Shown one piece after another: positions 1 through 9,176 of a stretch of DNA of 64,000 nt; positions within the stretch are counted from its first letter, which is position 1; every line of letters starts with the position of its first letter. The stretch comes from Candidatus Bathyarchaeia archaeon (GTDB lineage: Archaea > Thermoproteota > Bathyarchaeia > Bathyarchaeales > Bathycorpusculaceae), in the NCBI GenBank assembly GCA_041481365.1, contig JBGPBS010000001.1:13063-77062 (forward strand). Direction: 5' to 3'. The translations under genes were made by a program, and so were the position numbers. The notes under the pieces are model-generated. The model searched no databases. It was not told the origin of the DNA and worked only from the letters and a program-made list of their open reading frames with translations.

Positions 1-46
1 TCTACTCGCCTGGCAGAAGCATAAGCCATACTGGTGATCTTATAAG

Positions 47-57
47 ATTTTTATATT
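47..57 (+). promoter_or_regulatory. TATA-box-like element ATTTTTATATT, 31-41 nt upstream of the GMP synthase subunit B start
   Basis: AT-rich 11-mer, with a second CTTATAAG at 39-46, at a distance from the ATG at 88 that fits an archaeal promoter with a short leader. Confidence 0.35.
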
Positions 58-87
58 CCCATTTGTTTCTCTAGGTTGTGAAAGTTC

Positions 88-1041
88 ATGTTCGACGCCC
101 AAAAGTTCATAACCGAATCCATCAGCACGCTAAAAGAAAAGATAAAGGGCAGAGCCATCATCGGGGTTTCTGGCGGCGTCGACTCCACCACCGCTGCAAT
201 CTTGACAAACAAGGCAGTAGGCGAGAACCTCGTATGCGTTTTGGTCGACACTGGTTACATGAGAAAGAATGAAATAGCGGAAAACGAGAAAATTCTCACC
301 AGACTCGGCTTGAACGTTCTTGTCATTGACGCACAGGAAAGATTCTATCAGAAACTCAGCGGAGTAGTTGATCCCGAGCAGAAGCGCAAAATCATAGGCG
401 AATTGTTCATAAGAGTTTTCGAGGAAGTTGCCAGAAAAGAGAATGTGAAATGCTTCGTACAGGGAACCATCGCCCCCGATTGGATAGAGAGCGGAGGCGG
501 TCTGAGAGACAGGATCAAATCCCATCATAATGTCGGAGGCCTGCCTGAAAAAATCGAAATCGCAGTCATCGAGCCCCTCCGAGATCTTTACAAGGACGAA
601 GTCCGAATTGTCGGGTGCGCTTTAGGCTTGCCAGCAGAGCTTTATGAACGGCAGCCGTTCCCCGGCCCAGGCCTGGCCGTAAGAATCATCGGCGAAGCCA
701 CTCCCGAGAGTGCAGGCATAGTCCGGGAAGCATGCGCTATAGTGGAAGAAGAAATTGAAAAGGCCTCAACAGAAGGACTGATGAACCTTCCGTGGCAGTA
801 TTTTGCTGTTTTGCTCCCCTGCAAAGCAGTCGGTGTTCACGGTGATGTGAGGGCTTATGGGAAGGTTGTTGTTGTTCGAGCCGTCGAAAGCCTGGACGGG
901 ATGAGCGCTTCTTACTCGAAGATCCCGCATGGAGTATTGGAAACGATCTCTGTCAGGATTACGAACACTTTGAAGGACGACGTGAGCAGAGTGGTGTTCG
1001 ACATAACTAACAAGCCGCCTGGGACGATTGAGTATGAGTAG
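88..1041 (+). CDS. guaAB: GMP synthase subunit B (ATP pyrophosphatase / PP-loop subunit)
   Basis: 317-aa ORF. PP-loop motif VSGGVDSTTAA. The C-terminal dimerisation region ends KPPGTIEYE. A stand-alone subunit is the archaeal arrangement. Confidence 0.93.
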   Translation: MFDAQKFITESISTLKEKIKGRAIIGVSGGVDSTTAAILTNKAVGENLVCVLVDTGYMRKNEIAENEKILTRLGLNVLVIDAQERFYQKLSGVVDPEQKRKIIGELFIRVFEEVARKENVKCFVQGTIAPDWIESGGGLRDRIKSHHNVGGLPEKIEIAVIEPLRDLYKDEVRIVGCALGLPAELYERQPFPGPGLAVRIIGEATPESAGIVREACAIVEEEIEKASTEGLMNLPWQYFAVLLPCKAVGVHGDVRAYGKVVVVRAVESLDGMSASYSKIPHGVLETISVRITNTLKDDVSRVVFDITNKPPGTIEYE

Positions 1042-1615
1042 ACAGACGAAGGTTTATGTCGTTGACAACGGCGGTCAGTGGACTCACAGGATCTGGCGAG
1101 TGTTAAGAGAGCTTGGTTGTGAGTCAAAGATTATCGCAAACGTTACGCCCGTTGATCAGATAGATGCTGACGCGTTGGTATTGAGCGGCGGAGCCCCCCG
1201 AGTGGCTTGGGAGTCTCCGAGACTGGGCAACTGCGGAGAGTATTTTGAGCGTTTCAGCGGACCCATTCTCAGTGAGTGTGTTGGCATGCAACTGATGGCG
1301 ATTCATTTCGGCGGGAAAGCAGGTCCGGCTGAAATTCCAGAATACGGTTTGTCAAGACTGAAAGTCATCGTGGAGGACGATTTGTTCAAAGGATTACCGA
1401 GAGAGTTTATGGTTTGGGAGTCGCATAACGACGAAGTGAAAGACGTGCCGAACTTTGCGATTCTTGCCATGTCTCAGAATTGCAAAATTCAGGCGGTGAA
1501 GCACGTGAAGAAACCGCTTTACGGCGTCCAGTTTCATCCTGAAGTGAACGACACTGAATACGGAAACCGAATTCTGAACAACTTCGTTAGCGTGGTACAG
1601 CCAAGACAAGAATAA
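1034..1615 (+). CDS. guaAA: GMP synthase subunit A (class I glutamine amidotransferase)
   Basis: Catalytic Cys context ILSECVGMQLM and His-Glu context VQFHPEV. The ATG at 1034 overlaps the guaAB stop by 8 nt; the ORF track starts at a TTG at 1028. Confidence 0.9.
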   Translation: MSRQTKVYVVDNGGQWTHRIWRVLRELGCESKIIANVTPVDQIDADALVLSGGAPRVAWESPRLGNCGEYFERFSGPILSECVGMQLMAIHFGGKAGPAEIPEYGLSRLKVIVEDDLFKGLPREFMVWESHNDEVKDVPNFAILAMSQNCKIQAVKHVKKPLYGVQFHPEVNDTEYGNRILNNFVSVVQPRQE

Positions 1616-1616
1616 G

Positions 1617-1955
1617 CTAAGACTTTACCATCGTGAGAAGCATCTTGAATCTCGTCCTTGCCTTCAAGCTGTGCGATTCGTTGGCTGGCAACATAATCAT
1701 TTCTCCAGTTTCCAATCGATGCGCTTTGCCTGAAATTGTTACTTCTGCCTTGCCATCGACGATCAGAACCATAGCATCGTACGGTGCAGTGTGCTCGCTC
1801 AGCCCCTGGCCCTCGTCAAACGCGAACAACGTTACGGTTCCTGCTTCCTTATCGATCAGAGTTCGGCTAACCACTGATGCTTCCTGATAGTCCATCAGAT
1901 TGATCAGCCTCGCCACCTTCGATTGAGGCTTCCTGTTCTTCTCCAAGTTAACCAT
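1617..1955 (-). CDS. Cupin domain protein
   Basis: 112 aa; cupin-like GLSEHTAPYDAMVLIVDGKAEVTISGKAHRLETGEMIMLPANESHSL. Confidence 0.7.
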   Translation of the reverse strand: MVNLEKNRKPQSKVARLINLMDYQEASVVSRTLIDKEAGTVTLFAFDEGQGLSEHTAPYDAMVLIVDGKAEVTISGKAHRLETGEMIMLPANESHSLKARTRFKMLLTMVKS

Positions 1956-2206
1956 AACCCTGACTAGTCTATACTGAGCGATCAGCTTTTCTTCTTTTCT
2001 TTCGCGAAAATACGTTGCTTATTCGGCGTGGGCAGTTCATGGCCGGATGGTACAGGCAGTTTTTCCTCTTCAACATTCCCTTGCGTTGCATGTCTGATTC
2101 CGACACTAATCAAGGGCAAAGGAATATGAAGCAATAGAGCAGCTGTGCTTGGAAACTCTTTTATGGCGATCTTACGAAGCCAGTAGGTATCCAAGCAAAG
2201 GAGAAA

Positions 2207-2614
2207 GTGCAAGTGTTTGTTCGAATTGATCACGTAGGTATCGCCGTAAAGAACTTGGATGATGCGGTTCATGTTTATCGTGACATTCTAGGCTTTAAGG
2301 TTGAGGGCATTCACGTCCTAGCCGAAAGGAAAGTTAGGGTGGCCCTGGTCTCTGCAGGCGGTGATGCGCGGATTGAGCTTTTGGAGCCACTTGGCAACGA
2401 CAGTACGATTGCCAAGTTTCTGGAAAGCCACGGTGAGGGCATTCATCATTTTGCAGTGGAAGTCAAAGATATCGAAAGTGTCCTTGCTGAGCTTAAGCGA
2501 AAGGGCGTAACGTTGATTGATGATAAACCTAGGAACGGTGCTGAGGGAAAAAAAATCGCATTCGTCCATCCGAAAAGTACGAACGGGGTGCTCTTGGAAC
2601 TCGTGATGCAGTAG
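2207..2614 (+). CDS. mce: Methylmalonyl-CoA epimerase (VOC/glyoxalase superfamily)
   Basis: 135 aa. [15 protein letters not shown]...GIHHFAVEV...[15 protein letters not shown] matches the epimerase pattern. GTG start. Confidence 0.8.
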   Translation: MQVFVRIDHVGIAVKNLDDAVHVYRDILGFKVEGIHVLAERKVRVALVSAGGDARIELLEPLGNDSTIAKFLESHGEGIHHFAVEVKDIESVLAELKRKGVTLIDDKPRNGAEGKKIAFVHPKSTNGVLLELVMQ

Positions 2615-2734
2615 CTCGCTGCTCAAGAAAGATGAATCGGTCGTTCTCGCAGTCAGCCTCAACGGTATGTTTTTCTGCGGAGAGACGTTTTAAACCCTGT
2701 AAAAGTGAGCCGTCGCTGGCTTACGGTGTTTGCA

Positions 2735-3520
2735 ATGATAAACGTGAACAGGCTTCAGGAGCTGTTGCGGACCCGGCGCATTGGGAGAAGCATCGTTTTC
2801 AGCGACACGGTCGCTTCGACGAATGATTTGGCCAAGGAATTGGCAGCTCTGGGCGCAATGGATGGAACCGTAGTCCTTGCCGAAACTCAAACACGTGGTC
2901 GTGGAAGACTCTGCAGGGAGTGGATTTCGCCCGCTGGCGGTTTGTGGCTCTCGACGATTCTTAAACCCAAGCTTGAACCTTCACATGCGTGCAAACTCGT
3001 GTTCGTAGCGGGGTTGGCCGTGGCAAACACGTTGCGTGAACTGTATGACTTGGCTGTGGCTACGAAGTGGCCTAATGACGTTTTGGCGAATGGGAAGAAA
3101 ATGTGTGGAATACTGGCGGAAATGAACACGATGGGACGAAGACTCAACTATGTTGTGCTAGGAATCGGAATTAATGCAAATTTCGAGGTGAAAGTCTTCC
3201 CAGAAGCCCTGAGGGAAAGTGCGACGACGCTGCAGAAAGAGCTTGGAGGAAAGGTCAATCTCGAACGACTGCTCAGAGTTCTTCTTGAGAAGCTGGAAAG
3301 CACGTACGATCTGTTCACGAGTCAAGGATTTCCTGCCGTCATGGATGAGTGGAAAAGCTTTGCTTGCTTTCTGGGAAGACACGTTGAAGTGATGAATACC
3401 AACGAGGAATTCGATGGTTTAGCGTTAGACGTAGACGGTGACGGATCTTTGATTTTGAGACTTGAGGACGGATCCATGAGGCGCGTTCTTGTAGGAGACG
3501 TTTCAGTCCGGGTTGGATGA
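2735..3520 (+). CDS. birA: Biotin--[acetyl-CoA-carboxylase] ligase
   Basis: GRGRLCREWISPAGGLWLS biotin-binding loop and KWPNDV motif. The ATG at 2735 is preferred over the GTG at 2705 used by the ORF track. Confidence 0.85.
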   Translation: MINVNRLQELLRTRRIGRSIVFSDTVASTNDLAKELAALGAMDGTVVLAETQTRGRGRLCREWISPAGGLWLSTILKPKLEPSHACKLVFVAGLAVANTLRELYDLAVATKWPNDVLANGKKMCGILAEMNTMGRRLNYVVLGIGINANFEVKVFPEALRESATTLQKELGGKVNLERLLRVLLEKLESTYDLFTSQGFPAVMDEWKSFACFLGRHVEVMNTNEEFDGLALDVDGDGSLILRLEDGSMRRVLVGDVSVRVG

Positions 3521-3782
3521 GACTTCGCAGATGCAGGCGTTTTTTCAGGTTCATGCCCCCCTCCCAGGTTTCAACGCATCATGAATATTCGGATCCAAAT
3601 ATGCCGACCCGACGCTTCCTCAGACAAATCTGCTCTTGTATAGGGAGCTTCTCAGTGACGCCACGTCCCATTCGGGTGAAATTGGGCTTGCAGCCTGATT
3701 CTTTGTCTCAGATACGGGCCAAACGTTTTTATAAGAGAATCGTAGTTTGATGGTGTTGTCACATTAACTCATGTAATCAACG

Positions 3783-3801
3783 AAGCTTTTGAAAGCTTTT
3801 G
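3783..3801 (+). repeat. Tandem direct repeat AAGCTTTTG (2 copies, 10-bp period) in the leader of the DEAD-box helicase gene
   Basis: cgAAGCTTTTGaAAGCTTTTGgc, 42-60 nt upstream of the ATG at 3843. A TATA-like TTTTTATAAG lies at about 3725-3734. Confidence 0.5.
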
Positions 3802-3842
3802 GCAAATGCATGAAGGATTCTGTGGCAGGAGAAATGATATAG

Positions 3843-4952
3843 ATGCAAATAGAATGCTTTAAGGACCTGCCATTAAGTGCGCAGGTTATTAGGGGAATTG
3901 AGGAGCTTGGATTCAGGAATCTTTTTCCGATTCAGGCACAGGCGATACCTCCTTTGCTTGAAGGCAAGGACGTTATTGGACAAGCTCAAACCGGGACAGG
4001 TAAAACTGCCGCCTTCGGAATTCCAATGATTGAACACATTGACCCACGAGCCAGAAGTGTTCAGGGTTTGGTTTTGGCGCCGACTCGTGAGCTTGCTATC
4101 CAAGTTGCTGAGCACATCAGTAGATTGGGCAAGTATGCAGGGTTGAGGGTTCTGCCGGTCTACGGTGGGGAACCCATTGGCAAACAGATACGTGCGTTGC
4201 ATGAAGGCGTTCAGGTTGTCGTAGGAACGCCGGGCCGCATGATTGACCTGCTTGAAAGACGCGTTTTGAATCTGTCTTCGGTCAAAGTCGTCATTCTTGA
4301 CGAAGCAGACAGAATGCTCGACATGGGATTCATAGAGGACATCGAATACATACTTTCTATGACGCCTAGGAACAGGCAAACTGGCCTTTTTTCGGCCACG
4401 ATAGACCAGCAGGTGATGAATATCTGCAAGAGATACATGAAGAACCCTGAGAAGATACTCGTGAGCAAGGATGAGATAGCGCTCACGCAAATGGATCAGT
4501 ATTACATGGTCGTGAACCCTCACGGCAAGTTTGAGGCACTCTGCAGTATTCTGAGCGAGAACCACATAGGCCGAGCCATAGTATTCTGCAGGACACGCAT
4601 GAATACGGATATCCTCGCAGACAAGTTGAAAGGACTCGGATACGATGCAAAAGCGTTGCATGCTGGCTTCACTCAGGCACAGAGGGATTTCGTCATGGAC
4701 TCTTTCAGAAAAGGAAGACTGAAGCTGCTCGTGGCGACGGACGTGGCCGCAAGAGGTTTGGATATTCAGGGAGTCACTCACATAATAAACTACGACGTTC
4801 CGCTCGATGCCCTAGTTTATTTCCATAGAATCGGCAGAACGGCCAGAATGGGAGGCGAAGGCACAGCCATAACCCTCGTAGGTTACGGTGAGCTGACAGA
4901 GTTCGAAAACATAAAAGCCCTCACCAAGACTACAATTGAAGAAATTGGTTGA
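3843..4952 (+). CDS. DEAD-box ATP-dependent RNA helicase (minimal two-RecA core, no C-terminal extension)
   Basis: Q-motif region FPIQ, motif I AQTGTGKTAAF, motif II DEADRM, motif III SAT, motif VI HRIGRTAR. Confidence 0.93.
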   Translation: MQIECFKDLPLSAQVIRGIEELGFRNLFPIQAQAIPPLLEGKDVIGQAQTGTGKTAAFGIPMIEHIDPRARSVQGLVLAPTRELAIQVAEHISRLGKYAGLRVLPVYGGEPIGKQIRALHEGVQVVVGTPGRMIDLLERRVLNLSSVKVVILDEADRMLDMGFIEDIEYILSMTPRNRQTGLFSATIDQQVMNICKRYMKNPEKILVSKDEIALTQMDQYYMVVNPHGKFEALCSILSENHIGRAIVFCRTRMNTDILADKLKGLGYDAKALHAGFTQAQRDFVMDSFRKGRLKLLVATDVAARGLDIQGVTHIINYDVPLDALVYFHRIGRTARMGGEGTAITLVGYGELTEFENIKALTKTTIEEIG

Positions 4953-5070
4953 TTCTCCTTCTCGACATCCCGGTCTAAAAGCCGGGACCCATATTTTCAC
5001 GGAAAAGACCTTGCAGAATGATCTTTCCAAAGGATAGGTTTAAAATAGTGTTATTGACTAAGAAACATGT

Positions 5071-5090
5071 GCAAAAACGCGGTTTTTTGC
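5071..5090 (+). other. Hairpin GCAAAAA-CGCGGT-TTTTTGC in the intergenic/leader region
   Basis: 7-bp perfect stem read directly. Lies between the helicase stop (4952) and the small zinc-ribbon gene (5135). Could be a terminator or a leader structure. Confidence 0.35.
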
Positions 5091-5134
5091 GCTAAATAGC
5101 ATAGGAGTTGAGAAATTTGACGTATAAGAAAGAG

Positions 5135-5257
5135 ATGTACAAGGCAACCTGCGGCGACTGCGGAAAGGAATGCGAAGTTCCCTTCAAGCCTGATGGAAGC
5201 AGGCCAGTGTACTGCCGAGAATGTTATTCTAAACGAAGACCACCAAGAAGATACTAA
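5135..5257 (+). CDS. CxxC-x17-CxxC zinc-ribbon mini-protein (40 aa, below the ORF-track cutoff)
   Basis: My translation: MYKATCGDCGKECEVPFKPDGSRPVYCRECYSKRRPPRRY. Paralogous to the N-terminus of the 20961 CDS, sharing C..CG....VPFKP....PVYC..C.SK. Confidence 0.75.
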   Translation: MYKATCGDCGKECEVPFKPDGSRPVYCRECYSKRRPPRRY

Positions 5258-5362
5258 GCTCATTAGCTGACATCTTCGTCCCGTTTCACACATCTTTCTT
5301 TTTTTCACCACTAATCATAATAAGCAGAATGCACAATCTTGCTTGAGGTTAAGAGTAGGATA

Positions 5363-5506
5363 ATGCCTAAGGATCCTGTTTGTGGTGCCATTCTGGACGA
5401 GAAGATTGCAAAGTTCAAGATTACCTATGATGGTGAGACCTATCATTTTTGCAGTGTTACCTGCAAGAAAAGGTTCAAGAGACACCCGGCGAAGTTCGTG
5501 AAGTAG
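5363..5506 (+). CDS. YHS/TRASH-domain mini-protein (47 aa, below the ORF-track cutoff)
   Basis: My translation: MPKDPVCGAILDEKIAKFKITYDGETYHFCSVTCKKRFKRHPAKFVK. Shows the DPVCG...FCS..C...F pattern of YHS domains. Confidence 0.75.
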   Translation: MPKDPVCGAILDEKIAKFKITYDGETYHFCSVTCKKRFKRHPAKFVK

Positions 5507-5624
5507 ACTGATCTGTGAAGAGCGGAGCGTTGTAGAACAGCAGAATGCCCATGGAGAAGGCTGAAGCATGAACGAAGTAAATCGCGCAGGGGAGATAGTT
5601 TAGTTATGGAGGGGAGAGAGAATA

Positions 5625-6245
5625 ATGCGAGATAAAGCGTCGCCCAGCGAATACCTTGCGTTTCTCTCTGTGAAGTATGAGGTCGATGCTGACGAGTTCT
5701 TCGAAGCATTAGTGTCAGCTGGCAAGAATCACAGATCTACATGCGGGACTCTTTCGATCGAATGCAGGCACAAGCAGGCGGAGAGTGTCATGCTTCTGAT
5801 AACGGTGGGGTCGAAGGTTGTGGCGCAGTTTCCGATCTCAACGGAGTTTTTGTTGAACGAAGATAACCCAATCAAGAATATGATCAGGGCGAGTTTTCTC
5901 TGCAGACGTCTTGTCAAGAAGGATGGCGATCGACGCTTGTTTCAGATCAAAGACCTGCATATCGGCATGAAATGTGTCAGCTTGAAGGCTGAGGTCGTTG
6001 AAGTGTCGGACACCTCGTTCGTCACGACAAGGTTTGGGAATTATGCCAGCGTCGCCAACGCGTTAATATCCGATGAGACTGGGAAGATCAAATTATGCCT
6101 GTGGAACGAGCAGATAAAGTCCGTGTCCGTGGGTGACACCGTTCAGGTTGAGAACGCCAGAATATCTGCGTTCAGAGGGGAGAAGCAGCTGAGAGTCGGC
6201 AGAAACGGGAATCTCCGCACCCTCCGAAACGTCGTTGCCACCTAA
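5625..6245 (+). CDS. OB-fold single-stranded DNA-binding protein (crenarchaeal SSB-like) with a novel N-terminal ~100-aa domain
   Basis: The C-terminal half ISDETGKIKLCLWNEQIKSVSVGDTVQVENARISAFRGEKQLRVGRNGNL closely resembles my recollection of the Sulfolobus SSB core ([50 protein letters not shown]). Confidence 0.7.
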   Translation: MRDKASPSEYLAFLSVKYEVDADEFFEALVSAGKNHRSTCGTLSIECRHKQAESVMLLITVGSKVVAQFPISTEFLLNEDNPIKNMIRASFLCRRLVKKDGDRRLFQIKDLHIGMKCVSLKAEVVEVSDTSFVTTRFGNYASVANALISDETGKIKLCLWNEQIKSVSVGDTVQVENARISAFRGEKQLRVGRNGNLRTLRNVVAT

Positions 6246-6537
6246 TGATTGAGTATTGAGTGCCTTTTTCCCCAGCTTGCGGTCCGGTTGAACAGAACGA
6301 GTTTTGAACGTTGAAGCATGATTTTCAACACTGCTGGAACGCGGAGATTCTGATAATCTAGCTGTGGTTTAGCAGGTTGGAGACCGCCTAAAAATACATC
6401 CCCCATCGGTTTTTTCGGCCTCTAGCATGTTTTCATGCGGCCACGCATTGCGTCAGTGCATTGTCACCGTTTTGTTATTGCCCGTGGAGTGTGGTAGTGA
6501 CGAGTCCTAAGATTGTGGTTCTAGTGGTGAGTTGGTT

Positions 6538-9003
6538 TCATGCTTTCGTATTTGGCCTATATAGTATGAGTTTTGCGATTTCTCGCCAGATGATGGTCAG
6601 GAGAGCGAAGCCGAAGATTACGACGAGCTGGCTTGCCGTGAGTGTTGAGAGTCTGAGCTGATTGCCCACTGGAGGCACGGCGACCGCGATGAGTAGGAAG
6701 GAGAATGCAAGGACTGCCCACAGATCCATTACCTTGTTCGACAGGGGGCCAAGGATGTAGAGCGGTTCTCTTTCTGAACGTGTGACGAAAGCGAGGATTA
6801 TGTGTCCCATTATCCAAGCCGAGAACGCGTAAGTTTGTATCTCAATTGGCGAAAGGCCTTGCCACCACGCGTAGAAGTATGCGAGCATAACGGCCGCAAA
6901 GAGGCTTGCCGCCGATATTGCGAGGTCTGTTATCATCTTCGAATCGGGGAACTTTGCTTTGGGGTCTCTTGGCTTTCGACCATAGATCGTCTTTTCTGCG
7001 GGTTCAGTGACGAATCCGGCGGAAGCGGCGAGATCCATGAATAGTTCCAGGACGATTATCTGTATCGGGGCAAAGGGTAGAGGCATTGCAGGGTAAAGAT
7101 ATTGCAGACCCAGGGAGAAGACGAATAGTGAGATCAGAGCAGCTTTTATGCCCAAGTAATATTTGAGCCCTTTTCTGAGATTATCAAAGAACGTGCGGCC
7201 TTCAAAGACCGCGCGTCCAATGGTCACAAAATTATCATCAGTCAACACGACGTCTGCCGCTTCCTTAGCCGCGTCGGTGCCCTTTGTGCCCATCGCGATG
7301 CCGACATCTGCCCCTTTGAGGGCCAGCGTATCGTTGACACCGTCTCCGGTGACAGCGACGATTTCGTTGTTTGCATGCAGCGCCTTCACCAATCGATACT
7401 TGTCCTCAGGCGCAGTCCTTGCAAAGACGGAGACCTCCTTCACTACTTTCTTCAGTTCCTCGTCAGAGAACCTCTGAAGCTCCTCACCGGTCAGCACCTT
7501 CTCCGAGGCGATGCCGACGCTCTTTGCGATGTAGGCGGCCGTCTGGGGATGATCACCCGTGACCATGATCGTCCTAATCCCCGCCTTGTTGATTGCCTCT
7601 ATGGTTTCCTTGACGCCTTTCCGCGGAGGATCTTCAATCGAGACCAGTCCGACGAACTCCCAGTCTTCCTCCAAGTCTGCAAAGGGCAGATCTGTTTCTT
7701 CAGCAGCGACCGCTCTCTCCGCAACGCCAATTACTCTTCTTCCTTTCGCTGTTTCCTCTTTGAGCTCTTCGTCAAAAAGCCCACCGCTGCCCAATGAGCT
7801 TAGAATCTCCTCGGGCGCTCCGATGGTCGAAAGCCTGAAACCGTCGTTGTTCACGCGTAGGACCGCCTTGGTCCGTTTGTTAGTCTCAAAACCGCGTTCG
7901 CGAACGATGCTTCCGAAACTCGTTTTGACTCCGAGTTCCTGGGCTTTGGCCAGAATTGCCTTGTCAGTTGGTGACAGTGACATTTCAGTCAAGGCAGCAG
8001 CAGCCGCACCAAGCGCTCTGGCCTCTTCCTTTCTTGGATAAACTTGAACAACTTGCATCTTGTTCTCAGTGATCGTTCCTGTCTTGTCAGTAACGATGAC
8101 GGTTGTGTCACCCAGAACTTCTGCAGCCTTGAGTTTCTTTACCAAAAAACCTTTCTTCGAGAGCCTATAGGAGCCCAATCCCAATATCATCGTGATTATG
8201 ATTGGCAATTCCTCAGGAATTGCAGCAAAGGCAAGTGCTAGTCCTATCAGAATCAGTTCTTTATCTCGGCTCAGATCTTGGTACCCAAAGTGTAGGATGC
8301 CAATAGCCGGTATGATTACGCTGAAGAATATGGCGACATAAGCAAGCGTTTTCGAGAGTTTCTTCATTGACAATTGCAGAGGTGTCTTCGGGGGTTTGAT
8401 CATTTGAGCCATCGCGGAAATCTTGCCGAATCTGGTGTTCTTGCCAGTGGCGTACGCTTCCCCTTTTCCCTCGCCAAAAACCACCAAGGTCCCAGCATAG
8501 ACGCCATTTCCAACGGTCTTTTCTTTGGGAAGAGATTCGCCTGTCAAAACAGACTCATCAACTTGAATGTCGTAGGCCACGCCAAGTTGGCAGTCGGCGG
8601 CGATTCTTGTGCCCTCAGTGAAAACGAGGAGGTCCCCAGGAACCACTTTCTCAGTTTCAACCTCAACTATTACACCGTCCCGCACAACTCGGGTCTTGGG
8701 GGCTGCCAGCACAGAAAGCGCAGATATGGCTTTCTTGGCGCGATATTCGTTCCAAATCTCGACAAAAACCAGCACGAAAATAATGCTGAAAATGGTCAAG
8801 GCATCTTGCAGACTCCCGAAAACCGTGTAAAACACACCTACGACAAGGAGAAGCAGGATCATGGGTTCAACAACTTCTTCCTTCGCGATACCGAGAAAAC
8901 TAACCGTGTAAGGCTTGGAAAGCTGGTTCGGTCCAACCTCTAACAACCTCTTTTCAGCCTCGATTTCAGAAAGCCCTTTTGGCTCCTTGCCCGAACCCTG
9001 CAT
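6538..9003 (-). CDS. Cation-transporting P-type ATPase (type II-like; substrate not assignable)
   Basis: 821 aa. Phosphorylation site VTDKTGTITENKM, hinge VTGDGVNDTLALK, M4 motif IPEELPIIIT, TGES actuator motif. Confidence 0.88.
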   Translation of the reverse strand: MQGSGKEPKGLSEIEAEKRLLEVGPNQLSKPYTVSFLGIAKEEVVEPMILLLLVVGVFYTVFGSLQDALTIFSIIFVLVFVEIWNEYRAKKAISALSVLAAPKTRVVRDGVIVEVETEKVVPGDLLVFTEGTRIAADCQLGVAYDIQVDESVLTGESLPKEKTVGNGVYAGTLVVFGEGKGEAYATGKNTRFGKISAMAQMIKPPKTPLQLSMKKLSKTLAYVAIFFSVIIPAIGILHFGYQDLSRDKELILIGLALAFAAIPEELPIIITMILGLGSYRLSKKGFLVKKLKAAEVLGDTTVIVTDKTGTITENKMQVVQVYPRKEEARALGAAAAALTEMSLSPTDKAILAKAQELGVKTSFGSIVRERGFETNKRTKAVLRVNNDGFRLSTIGAPEEILSSLGSGGLFDEELKEETAKGRRVIGVAERAVAAEETDLPFADLEEDWEFVGLVSIEDPPRKGVKETIEAINKAGIRTIMVTGDHPQTAAYIAKSVGIASEKVLTGEELQRFSDEELKKVVKEVSVFARTAPEDKYRLVKALHANNEIVAVTGDGVNDTLALKGADVGIAMGTKGTDAAKEAADVVLTDDNFVTIGRAVFEGRTFFDNLRKGLKYYLGIKAALISLFVFSLGLQYLYPAMPLPFAPIQIIVLELFMDLAASAGFVTEPAEKTIYGRKPRDPKAKFPDSKMITDLAISAASLFAAVMLAYFYAWWQGLSPIEIQTYAFSAWIMGHIILAFVTRSEREPLYILGPLSNKVMDLWAVLAFSFLLIAVAVPPVGNQLRLSTLTASQLVVIFGFALLTIIWREIAKLILYRPNTKA

Positions 9004-9176
9004 ACTTCACCTCAGTTAGCCAGATGTTTTAAAAGCTTGTGTCTGAAAAACGCCTCGGAAAACAGAATGCAGTCACAGTTACTGGAGGGGCAGCGTGCAA
9101 CTGTGAGCCCTCAGTATTTGAGAAGCTGAGTGCATATGAAAACGCGCTGATAACTAATAGTATTTGCTCAACAGGT

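Noticed and set aside
1-29. Possible start of a divergent minus-strand gene (ATG at 29, MAYASARRV...) running off the window
   Set aside because: Only 9 codons are visible, which is too little to support a call. The AT-rich element at 39-57 could serve either direction.
1982-2272. 96-aa minus-strand ORF between the cupin and epimerase genes
   Set aside because: It overlaps the well-supported epimerase start and has no recognisable features, so it is probably spurious.
3873-4781. 302-aa antisense ORF inside the DEAD-box helicase gene, and similar long antisense ORFs (e.g. 7559-8041, 17263-17823, 24385-24999, 35441-35995, 42290-43117, 55636-56067)
   Set aside because: These are shadow ORFs opposite strongly supported genes. 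Their translations are low-complexity or Ser/Arg/Leu-rich with no motifs.
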